A DNA stretch of 64,000 nucleotides from Candidatus Ozemobacteraceae bacterium (GTDB lineage Bacteria; Muiribacteriota; Ozemobacteria; Ozemobacterales; Ozemobacteraceae): NCBI GenBank assembly GCA_965140445.1, contig OZ223236.1, positions 4,640,001 to 4,704,000 of the forward strand. Reading direction: 5' to 3'. The notes below the pieces were generated by a model. That model had not been told where the DNA came from, made no database searches, and worked only from the letters and a program-made list of their open reading frames with translations. The position numbers and the translations under genes were made by a program. The stretch's first letter is position 1. Each line of letters begins with the position of its first letter. Below, in pieces: positions 7,731 through 16,011 of this stretch.

Positions 7731-10286
7731 CTACAAGTCTATATCCAAATCTGCTTTCAGGCTTGTAAGTGAAGCAGCTACCTGTCTTCTCACCACTGGA
7801 TCTTTATCGGAAAGAGCATTAATCAACGGTTCCACGCCCTGAGCCATTCCGAGTTTCCCCAAAGCATAGGCTGCAGATGCACGCATATTTGGTTCCAGGT
7901 CTTTAATCATTTTAGAAAGCAAATCAAAAACCTTCATATCGCCGTATTTTCCAAGGGCGATAAGAATATTGGCCTTAACTCGATTGTCCTGTTCATCAAC
8001 CAAAAGATTCAAAAATTCATAAACTCTTTTTCCACCAATGGACTCAAGAGCTTCAACAGTGTTGGCTTTAACTCTACGATCATTCGATCTCAATTTTTCG
8101 GTCAAAACAGAAATATGATCCTCGCTACCGACCTTGCCCAGACTTCTTATAGCACGAGAGAGAACTCTAGGTTCTTTTTCCATATCAATGATCTTTACAA
8201 GAAATTCACACAAACCCTTCGGCTTTTGTCTTTCCAGCGCTTCAAGAACATGATATCGAACAGATGGGTCCTTATCTTCAAACCATGCAAAAAGCCTCTC
8301 CGTCTGGCTGATATCAGCGGTTGACTTTAAAATCCTAAGAACCATTACTTTGGTCCATGAAGTATATTTATCAAAATTAACAATCATGTCTTCTGAGGAT
8401 TTAAAGCCTTTAAGAACGAAGGCGTTTAAGCGGCCTTGATCACCAGATAAAACTTCCAGCTCATCAAATTCAAAAACATCTTTCAAAAGAATGTGCATGT
8501 CTCGGCTGGCAATAACTTCATCATTGTCCTGAATCTTGCTTAGTGTTCTAAAATCAATAAATCCATCTCCAAGCAAGTCAAAAGAACCATCTTCGTTGGT
8601 AATTTTCCCTCTTACCATCTCTGCGGCGTGCAAAGTAATCTTGGGAGAAAAAGGCATGTCCGGCTTCCTTCCCAAATCTTTTGCAATCATTCTGGCAGCA
8701 TTTAAAGAATTCAATAAAGTGTCGTGCTTATTAGATTGGTGAAAGACTGCAAGGATTCCGGAAGGAAGCAACTGCAAAGAAACATCCCTTCCTGAATGAC
8801 AAATCTTTCTAACAGTATCAAAAGCTTCCTGAATAAAGGAGAAAATTCTTTGCCCCTCTACCCTTTCGATGGAATCGTCGATTCCACTAAAATATACAAA
8901 GATCGAAACCGTAAAAACCTTTTCTCCATTCTTATCAGAATCGGAAAGAGCCTTTAAAGTTCTATCAACAATGCTTTTACTTACATATTGTTGGAGACCT
9001 TTTCCAATCAGGTCCCTCTCTTTCATACTCATAAGCATAAAATTAAATGCGTGAGCCATTTGTCCAAGTTCGTCATTTCTTTCGATAAAAATCTGCTGGT
9101 TCATGTCTCCCGCTGTGACTTTCTCCATTGCTTTAATAAACCATGCAATCTCTTTCGAAACCCTCTTGGAAAGCAAGTGCATTAAAAATAATAAAATTAT
9201 CAGACCACCAAGAAAAATGAACACTATCTTGTTCCTTAAAACATATAGCGGTTCATATGGGCTGGAGTTTCTGAAAGCTGCTCTTAAGGTTCCAAGGCGT
9301 CGAGTTCCTTTCATTAGAGGAACATAAGCCTCATGCATATCCTGCAATCCAAGTTTAAAGATAATTGGATGATCTGAATTTAAACTTCGAGAATAATTCT
9401 GATCTATTTCAACCTTTTGCCCTACCATTGTTGGATCTGAGTGAAATATAATCTGATCATCTTTAATAACTGAAACCAGGGAAAAGTCATCGTCTACTGA
9501 AACTAAGTTGTAAGCTTCTTTAAGATCCTTTTCTTCGCCGGTTTCAATAAATCTCACCGCGGGGGGTGCAAACATTTTGGCAACGTATAGCCCGTGCCTT
9601 ACAAAATTTTGTCGCCAATGCTGATCATACCAGTTCTGAATGGTCATGCGCGTACCAAGAAATAGCAACAATATTGCAAGAGCTGTTCCACCAAGGAGTG
9701 TGTGCTGCAAATTTGAAGTATTATGCATTCTCACATACCAATAAGTGGCCAATCCAAGCATCAGTATGGCAAAAATCAGAGTATTTCTGAATTTTACATG
9801 GTTTAGGTTTTTCTCTTCGGCAGACCGAAAAAAGCCAACTCGAAGAACCACTTTCTTTTCAGTCAGCGTTATTAAAGGAATAGCTGCCTCAATCATCGGA
9901 ATTGTTCTTGAGGTGTCTGTAAAAGGAATCAACTGAAGATGAGCAGACTTGATTGCAGCTTCTTCAACGCTCTCTAGAACTCCAACTGGAATACTAAAAT
10001 TTTCCGCCTTTGCCAGAACAGCCCCATCGGCCTGTTGTACCAAAGCATATGCCACAGCTTCTTCGGATAATAAATTGGACAATCTGGGCGTTAAGTCCAT
10101 TCTTCTGTTTAGCATATCAACAATTTCACGTGCCAGAAGCTTTACAAGCAGAACTCGCCGATTGGCATAACGGTTTTCAACTTCATCCAAGTCTGAAATT
10201 GTAAAATAGTATGCAAATGAAACAAGTGAAATTATTACAAGTGCAATAAGAGTACGTTCAAGAAAACGGGATTCATTAAATGCCAT
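7731..10286 (-). CDS. Membrane sensor: 4 TM with two extracytoplasmic domains, HAMP, degenerate class III nucleotide cyclase, HEAT repeats
   Basis: HAMP (KVTAGDMNQQI..ERNDELGQMAHAFNFM), QYVS linker, cyclase fold pattern without catalytic residues, PBS-lyase HEAT repeats (RVKANTVEALE, MRASAAYALG). Confidence 0.8.
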   Translation of the reverse strand: MAFNESRFLERTLIALVIISLVSFAYYFTISDLDEVENRYANRRVLLVKLLAREIVDMLNRRMDLTPRLSNLLSEEAVAYALVQQADGAVLAKAENFSIPVGVLESVEEAAIKSAHLQLIPFTDTSRTIPMIEAAIPLITLTEKKVVLRVGFFRSAEEKNLNHVKFRNTLIFAILMLGLATYWYVRMHNTSNLQHTLLGGTALAILLLFLGTRMTIQNWYDQHWRQNFVRHGLYVAKMFAPPAVRFIETGEEKDLKEAYNLVSVDDDFSLVSVIKDDQIIFHSDPTMVGQKVEIDQNYSRSLNSDHPIIFKLGLQDMHEAYVPLMKGTRRLGTLRAAFRNSSPYEPLYVLRNKIVFIFLGGLIILLFLMHLLSKRVSKEIAWFIKAMEKVTAGDMNQQIFIERNDELGQMAHAFNFMLMSMKERDLIGKGLQQYVSKSIVDRTLKALSDSDKNGEKVFTVSIFVYFSGIDDSIERVEGQRIFSFIQEAFDTVRKICHSGRDVSLQLLPSGILAVFHQSNKHDTLLNSLNAARMIAKDLGRKPDMPFSPKITLHAAEMVRGKITNEDGSFDLLGDGFIDFRTLSKIQDNDEVIASRDMHILLKDVFEFDELEVLSGDQGRLNAFVLKGFKSSEDMIVNFDKYTSWTKVMVLRILKSTADISQTERLFAWFEDKDPSVRYHVLEALERQKPKGLCEFLVKIIDMEKEPRVLSRAIRSLGKVGSEDHISVLTEKLRSNDRRVKANTVEALESIGGKRVYEFLNLLVDEQDNRVKANILIALGKYGDMKVFDLLSKMIKDLEPNMRASAAYALGKLGMAQGVEPLINALSDKDPVVRRQVAASLTSLKADLDIDL

Positions 10287-10302
10287 AAAAACCAGCCTGG
10301 TA

Positions 10303-11886
10303 TTAGTCTTTCTGCTGAATTAAATCTACAAAATTAGCTGCAACTTCAGGATCAAATTGAGTCCCACTGCATTTTTTGATTTCAGCAATAGCTTCTTCGA
10401 CGGATAATGCCTTACGATAAGGCCTGTCAGTTGTCATTGCATCGTATGTATCAACAACGCTTATAATTCTTGCAAGAAGAGGAATTTCTGTGCTTTTTAA
10501 TCCCTCTGGATAGCCTTTTCCATCATATCTTTCATGGTGGTGACGAATAATAGAAACAATTCCTGATAAAAACTCGACTTTTCCAAGAATCTTGGTTCCA
10601 AGTTCGGGATGTGATTTTATAATATCAAATTCTTCGTTTGTCAGGCGCCCAGGCTTATTTAAAATTCCTTCCGGGATTCCTATTTTTCCGATGTCATGAA
10701 GCAGTCCACCCAACTTAATGCTTTCTACTTCCTGATTTGAAAGATTCATTGCTTTAGCTAATTTCACTGAAAGATCAGTTACTCTTTCTGAGTGTCCACG
10801 CGTATAACTATCTTTTGCATCTATGGCGCTTGTTAAAGCGGATAAAGTGTCAATATACGCCCTTTGCAGATTATGAAATAAATCAGCATTTTGTATAACA
10901 AAAGCAATTTGACTACCTAAAATTCTTAGTAAATCTAAATCTTCTGGTCTAAAAGAAGCATTTCCCTTTTTATTGGCCAGCTGAATTACTCCCAGGAATT
11001 TATCTCTGGGCTTAAGAGGTAAGGCAATTGTATCTCTAATTTCGTGGTTTGCAACTTTGTTCTTCTCTGACTCAAAAAACTCACTTGAAGACAAATCAAC
11101 TATCAGACGCTGTTTTTCTTCTCTTCTGATGGTTTTTATAAGTTCAGTGTATCCGGAATCATGATCAAGAGAAAACTCTTCAAGTCCCTTATCAGACTGA
11201 ACCTGGACAAAATATGGGTGCTTATCATTCTCTCGCACAAGAAAAATACAAGCAATTTCACTATCTGTGCCATCTCTGGCAATCGAAAGGAATTTATCAA
11301 CCAGGGTGCCCAAATCAATGTTTGTGACAATCTCTTTCCCGAGAATAAAAACATTGCTCAACACCAAAAGCCGCTTAAACATTCTTTCATAAAGAATTGC
11401 GCTTTCTAATGATGCTGCCGCCTGCCGCGCAAGAATTGGCAATATCTCGCATATATTTTCAGGAGCATTGGAATTAAGCTTTAAACCAATGACGCCAAGC
11501 ATTCTATGACGGCGAACCAAAGGTAAAAGAATGAAATCATCAATTGTGACTATTTCAGCTTCTGATTCTTGCCATCTAACGTATTCTTCCTTGAATTTTC
11601 TGCGAATCTTTTCCATCTTCTCTTCAAGGATAAGATTACTAATTCTTACGTCCAGTTCAGAAGGGTCTTTACCTGCCAGGGAGAAAAAGGAAGAGTCTGC
11701 TTTACACAAAATTAAAGCTTTTTTCAAAATGGCCTTCAAAAGAGAGTCAAGTTCGATAAAAAAACCAGTTTCATCCAAAGAAAGCAACTCTTGCAGCTGT
11801 TTCTTCAGAGTCTCGTTCTCACGAACGAGTGCGTCTTTATTGCCCCTGTCTCCAGATCCTGGAGTTAACCATGAAATATCAAACAT
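10303..11886 (-). CDS. GAF-GAF-HD-GYP cyclic dinucleotide phosphodiesterase
   Basis: DAKDSYTRGHSERV, LHDIGK, HHHERYDGKGYP, DTYDAMTTDRPYR intact; two GAF-like domains (LGVIQLANKK...F...D). Confidence 0.9.
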   Translation of the reverse strand: MFDISWLTPGSGDRGNKDALVRENETLKKQLQELLSLDETGFFIELDSLLKAILKKALILCKADSSFFSLAGKDPSELDVRISNLILEEKMEKIRRKFKEEYVRWQESEAEIVTIDDFILLPLVRRHRMLGVIGLKLNSNAPENICEILPILARQAAASLESAILYERMFKRLLVLSNVFILGKEIVTNIDLGTLVDKFLSIARDGTDSEIACIFLVRENDKHPYFVQVQSDKGLEEFSLDHDSGYTELIKTIRREEKQRLIVDLSSSEFFESEKNKVANHEIRDTIALPLKPRDKFLGVIQLANKKGNASFRPEDLDLLRILGSQIAFVIQNADLFHNLQRAYIDTLSALTSAIDAKDSYTRGHSERVTDLSVKLAKAMNLSNQEVESIKLGGLLHDIGKIGIPEGILNKPGRLTNEEFDIIKSHPELGTKILGKVEFLSGIVSIIRHHHERYDGKGYPEGLKSTEIPLLARIISVVDTYDAMTTDRPYRKALSVEEAIAEIKKCSGTQFDPEVAANFVDLIQQKD

Positions 11887-11954
11887 AATTAGGGCATTTT
11901 ACCACTTAAAAAGCACAAATACAATCAAAAGAGAACAGACTTGGAAGTCCTGTT

Positions 11955-13505
11955 TTACTCACTTCTGACCACTCTTCCAGAAATGGATAGCTCTATTGGA
12001 CCATTCATACTTTGTTTTTCTATGTATTTTTGAACAGCATCTCTTAACTGAAGACCATACTGAAGGTTACGTCCTCTCTTGAATGCAAGAAAGTTATCTC
12101 CACCATCAGCTAGAAAGCTATTAGTTGTAACACTATAGGTTTGCGTAGCCACAACTGGACTACCATCAACCAGCACTTCTTTCAGCTCATAGTCATTAAA
12201 GCCACGATTCGCAAATTTATAACTGCAACCTGAAACCTGCAAAATTCCACGCCTGATGCTGGCAGAATTGGTGAAAAGTTCAAGTAAATCATTTCCCGAA
12301 AGATTCATAGTTACCAATTGGTTGTCAAAGGGCATGACATCAAATAAGTCCCCAAAAGTCATTTCACCTTCACGAATATTGTTTTGTATACCACCACTAT
12401 TTTGAATGGCAATTTCTGCCCCGGTGCTATCTCTCATAGCATCTGTAATCATGTTTCCGATGGGGCATTCCTGACTAAACATTCTTTTATAATCACCAGC
12501 AAAACTACCAATGACTTTCTCTTTAATAGCTCCCACCTGTCTGGTTTCATTATCTATTATTTCTTGAACCTTTTTGTCTGGATCTACCTCGCCAAGATTA
12601 ACTGGGATTCTTCTTCCCGCAAAGGAAATAACCTTAACTGGTTTCCCTGAAAGCTCAAGATCAAGAACATCAATTTCCTTACTTTTATTGTAACCACTCA
12701 CAGTTTTTATTATGATTCCATCTTTCATTATTGCAGGAGGATTATCGACCTGATAATCAAGCATCACACAAATATCAGGCTGTGCATCTGCAATCGCAGT
12801 CCATTCAGCGGGACTGATTCTCTCTTTATCGTAAAGGGTTAGCAGTACAACTAAATCAACAGAGGCCTGACGAAGGTTTGCAATTCTTTTCTTTAAAGAA
12901 GAATCAGGCGGTAAAAACTCCAACCCCAGCACATTCCCCTTTGATGTTAGATCAGGCGTATTTGGGGGTGTAATCCCTACTATACCGATCTTAAGGCCTC
13001 TTCCAGGGGTAAGAATCAATTCGGGATTAATATATGATGGAGTGTGTTCGGTTCCTGCCTCATGAATATTTGAGCTTAAAAACGGAAATTCAGATTGAGC
13101 AGAAAGCTCTTTCAAGCGCTCTTGTCCAAAAGTAAACTCAATATTTCCAACAAGCATACCTTCAAGATTACAGCCATTTAAAGCTTTCACAACTGCAAGT
13201 CCTCGGGTGAAATATGCATCAGCGGTTCCTGAAATCTCACTTCCGACCGAAAGGTAATTAAATGGCTCTCCTGAAAATGAGGCCACTGTTTCTTTGACAA
13301 CGGTCGCGATACCAGCAGCTCCACCCATTTTTTTCCCTTTGTAGGGCCTGAACTTCGCTTTAAAAGGATGAATCCTACCCTTAGAAATACCAGAAATAAT
13401 TAAATGATACCTGCTATTCCCAGATGGTTTTAGTAAAACAAAAACCACTATTATTAATACCAATATAGAAAATACTAAAAACACTTGTCCCAAGCGGTTA
13501 AACAT
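11955..13505 (-). CDS. Membrane-anchored 5'-nucleotidase (UshA/CpdB family) homologue with degenerate metal-binding site
   Basis: C-domain motifs IGNMITDAM, NSGGI, MPFDN, TNSFLADGGDNF; N-domain ligands lost (GNIEF for GNHEF, SVGSE for DAGD). Confidence 0.85.
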   Translation of the reverse strand: MFNRLGQVFLVFSILVLIIVVFVLLKPSGNSRYHLIISGISKGRIHPFKAKFRPYKGKKMGGAAGIATVVKETVASFSGEPFNYLSVGSEISGTADAYFTRGLAVVKALNGCNLEGMLVGNIEFTFGQERLKELSAQSEFPFLSSNIHEAGTEHTPSYINPELILTPGRGLKIGIVGITPPNTPDLTSKGNVLGLEFLPPDSSLKKRIANLRQASVDLVVLLTLYDKERISPAEWTAIADAQPDICVMLDYQVDNPPAIMKDGIIIKTVSGYNKSKEIDVLDLELSGKPVKVISFAGRRIPVNLGEVDPDKKVQEIIDNETRQVGAIKEKVIGSFAGDYKRMFSQECPIGNMITDAMRDSTGAEIAIQNSGGIQNNIREGEMTFGDLFDVMPFDNQLVTMNLSGNDLLELFTNSASIRRGILQVSGCSYKFANRGFNDYELKEVLVDGSPVVATQTYSVTTNSFLADGGDNFLAFKRGRNLQYGLQLRDAVQKYIEKQSMNGPIELSISGRVVRSE

Positions 13506-13523
13506 GCTTTTCTCCTATCTTGT

Positions 13524-13552
13524 ATTCTAGAGCCAGCGCACCTTTAACGCAA
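13524..13552 (-). promoter_or_regulatory. Sigma70 promoter of the nucleotidase/HD-GYP operon
   Basis: TTGCGT-17nt-TAGAAT just upstream of RBS AGGAG. Confidence 0.6.
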
Positions 13553-13566
13553 CACCTTTTTTACAT

Positions 13567-13598
13567 AAAAAAACAGCCCCCTGTGAAGGAGGCTGTTT
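13567..13598 (-). terminator. Intrinsic terminator after the repeat-protein gene
   Basis: AAACAGCCTCC/GGGGGCTGTTT stem followed by T-tract on the minus strand. Confidence 0.8.
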
Positions 13599-13609
13599 CT
13601 GATTTCTAC

Positions 13610-15499
13610 TTAGAACTTATTCAGTTCTCTGAGTCTCTTTTCAAAATTAGACTTTTCTTTTTTATTGTCTGGATGGTTTGCACCATGGATCAGACCTTCT
13701 TTAATTTTCTTTGTAACATCCTGAATCATTTTCTTGGATTTCATTCCGAATTTTTTCATCTTGTGCTTGAAAAAGCTGAAATATTTTCCAGATTTTCCTT
13801 TATTCTTCTGAATGTCCCAAACAATTACTCTGGTCAAGATGTCTGCTCTCATTTCTCGACTGATGTATGTTTCGTTAATACTTTGTTTTGCTTCATCAGA
13901 AGACCCTTTGCCTCTTCTAATATTAGCTTTAAAGGTTGTAATCTCATAGGATTCTTTTATCAGCTTATCCATAAGATCGCCCAAAGTATCTACACCAACT
14001 TTTTTATACTCCATGTAAGCCATGGCAGCTTGAGAGATATCACCAAACTGCTGAGTCTGACTTGCATCACTGGCCTGGTCAGCTTGATCGGCTTGATCAG
14101 CTTGATCGCTATCGCTTGACTGAGAACTCTGGCTAGACTGGCCGGACTGAGAACTCTGACCAGATTGGCCTGCCTGAGAACTGTCATCTGATGGAGGAGT
14201 TTGCCCTGGTTCATCTGCTGGTGGAAGATCGTCAGGAAGAGCAGGATCTTCAGGTTCGTCAGCTGGAGACTGATTAGCCTGGTCGGCATCATCAGCTGGA
14301 GATTGATCTGCTGGAGGAGCCTGGTCGGCATCATCAGCTGGAGACTGGTCTGCTGGAGGAGCCTGGTCGGCATCATCAGCTGGAGACTGGTCTGCTGGAG
14401 GAGCCTGGTCGGAATCATCAGCTGGAGACTGGTCTGCTGGAGGAGCCTGGTCAGCATCATCAGCTGGAGACTGGTCTGCTGGAGGAGCCTGGTCGGCATC
14501 ATCAGCTGGAGACTGGTCTGCTGGAGGAGCCTGGTCGGCATCATCAGCTGGAGACTGGTCTGCTGGAGGAGCCTGGTCAGCATCATCAGCTGGAGATTGA
14601 TCTGCTGGAGGAGCCTGGTCAGAATCATCAGCTGGAGATTGATCTGCTGGAGGAGCCTGGTCAGAATCATCAGCTGGAGACTGGTCTGCTGGAGGAGCCT
14701 GGTCGGAATCATCAGCTGGAGACTGGTCTGCTGGAGGAGCCTGATCGGCATCATCAGCTGGAGACTGGTCTGCTGGAGGAGTTTGATCTACATCGCCAGC
14801 TGGTGGTATGTCCGCTGGTGGAAGTGGATCTGATTCATCACCTGGCATAGGGTCGTTACCCTGTGCTGGATCATTGCCCTGTGCTGGGTCATTGCCCTGC
14901 ACTGGATCATTGCCTTGAACTGGATCATTGCCTTGAACTGGATCGTTACCCTGGTTAGGATTGTTTCCTTGATTAGGATTGTTTCCACCTAGTTCTGCTG
15001 CTTCTTTTGGAGTTAACTTTCTCCAATGACCCTTTTTCCAAACACCTTTTTTCGTATAGTGTCCGCAAACCCACACACGTTTTTTCTTACCTGTGAGTTT
15101 CCACTTAACCCATACTCCAGAATCTTTAAAAGCATTGTTAATTTTAGCGCCGGTTACTTTTACAACTCTACCGGTTTTAATTGCAGCTTTTTTAATTGCT
15201 TTGCCAGTTTTCTTAGCTGCTTTTTTGATAGCTTTTTTACTTTTCTTGGCGGCAGTTTTAATTGCTTTACCTGTTTTTTGGGCAGCTTTTTTAACAGCTT
15301 TAGCTGTCTTTTTTGAGGCCTTTTTAATAGCTTTTTTAGTTTTAGTAGCTACTTTTTTTATTGATTTACCAATTTTGGTAAAAAATCCTGATTTCTTTTT
15401 CTTACTTGATCCAGTTCCTTTTCCAGCAAATACTTGAACTGAAAATAAGAAACATAAAACTGAAACAAGAGCAATAATTCTTGTCCATCTCTTAGACAT
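13610..15499 (-). CDS. Secreted low-complexity protein: Lys/Ala-rich N-region, WxxGxW-like motif, Pro/Asp/Gln tandem repeats, helical C-domain
   Basis: 629 aa, signal peptide ending VFA, KKAAKKTGKAI repeats, VWVCGHY...VWKKGHW, repeat arrays, RBS GGAGG. Confidence 0.8.
   Translation of the reverse strand: MSKRWTRIIALVSVLCFLFSVQVFAGKGTGSSKKKKSGFFTKIGKSIKKVATKTKKAIKKASKKTAKAVKKAAQKTGKAIKTAAKKSKKAIKKAAKKTGKAIKKAAIKTGRVVKVTGAKINNAFKDSGVWVKWKLTGKKKRVWVCGHYTKKGVWKKGHWRKLTPKEAAELGGNNPNQGNNPNQGNDPVQGNDPVQGNDPVQGNDPAQGNDPAQGNDPMPGDESDPLPPADIPPAGDVDQTPPADQSPADDADQAPPADQSPADDSDQAPPADQSPADDSDQAPPADQSPADDSDQAPPADQSPADDADQAPPADQSPADDADQAPPADQSPADDADQAPPADQSPADDADQAPPADQSPADDSDQAPPADQSPADDADQAPPADQSPADDADQAPPADQSPADDADQANQSPADEPEDPALPDDLPPADEPGQTPPSDDSSQAGQSGQSSQSGQSSQSSQSSDSDQADQADQADQASDASQTQQFGDISQAAMAYMEYKKVGVDTLGDLMDKLIKESYEITTFKANIRRGKGSSDEAKQSINETYISREMRADILTRVIVWDIQKNKGKSGKYFSFFKHKMKKFGMKSKKMIQDVTKKIKEGLIHGANHPDNKKEKSNFEKRLRELNKF
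14285..14788 (-). repeat. 12 x 42-bp coding tandem repeat (DQAPPADQSPADD[A/S])
   Basis: Counted directly; units differ mainly at synonymous positions and the A/S codon. Confidence 0.95.
14846..14989 (-). repeat. 8 x 18-bp coding tandem repeat (QGN[N/D]P[N/V/A/M])
   Basis: GGNNPN QGNNPN QGNDPV x3 QGNDPA x2 QGNDPM. Confidence 0.9.
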
Positions 15500-15549
15500 T
15501 AGCTCTGCCCTCCAAAAAATAAATTTAACTCGCGTCGACTATAAAATGA

Positions 15550-15565
15550 AGCAAGTCCTGTACCA
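15550..15565 (-). promoter_or_regulatory. Sigma54 (-24/-12) promoter of the repeat-protein gene
   Basis: TGGTAC-AGGAC-TTGCT (GG-N10-GC), about 50 nt upstream of ATG 15499. Confidence 0.75.
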
Positions 15566-15646
15566 AAAACAAAATCCACACTCTAAGCCCGTGTAGGAGA
15601 ATTTATCTGAAAAGTAATCAAATTTTCAGCATCAGATTGCCAAAAA

Positions 15647-16003
15647 TTAGTCTTTTAAATCTTCAATCGCTTCTGCTTCGTTAGTACATAAACTGGCATA
15701 AAGAAAAACACCAACCATTTCAAAAACTTTCTCATAAATGTTGCTTAAACCGGTTACGGAGAGCCTTCCTCCATGATCGTCAACAATTTTTTCTGTTTGA
15801 GTTAAAATTGTTGCAACCGCCGGGCTATTAACCGTTATAGCCTTTTCAAAGTTGAACAAAAACTTTATGCACCCTGAATTAATGTATTTATCTATAATGC
15901 CTGGCAATACTTCCTCAAGATTAAATGACAAATCACCTTCAAAATAAATATATGCAATGCCATCAGTTTCTTTATCTTTAACCGAAAATCTACTTTCCTG
16001 CAT
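15647..16003 (-). CDS. STAS-domain anti-sigma factor antagonist
   Basis: GDL...LFNFEKAITVNSPAV...GGRL..TGLS...KVFEMVG; RBS GAGGTG before ATG 16003. Confidence 0.85.
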   Translation of the reverse strand: MQESRFSVKDKETDGIAYIYFEGDLSFNLEEVLPGIIDKYINSGCIKFLFNFEKAITVNSPAVATILTQTEKIVDDHGGRLSVTGLSNIYEKVFEMVGVFLYASLCTNEAEAIEDLKD

Positions 16004-16011
16004 TTGACACC

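Noticed and set aside
14285..14788. 42-bp repeat array as a CRISPR array
   Set aside because: The units are contiguous with no unique spacers, are in frame inside a CDS, and no cas genes are present.
13520..14833. Long alternative-frame and antisense ORFs (13520-14119, 13990-14754, 14201-14833)
   Set aside because: Shadows of the 629-aa gene and its stop-free repeat; no RBS or plausible protein composition.
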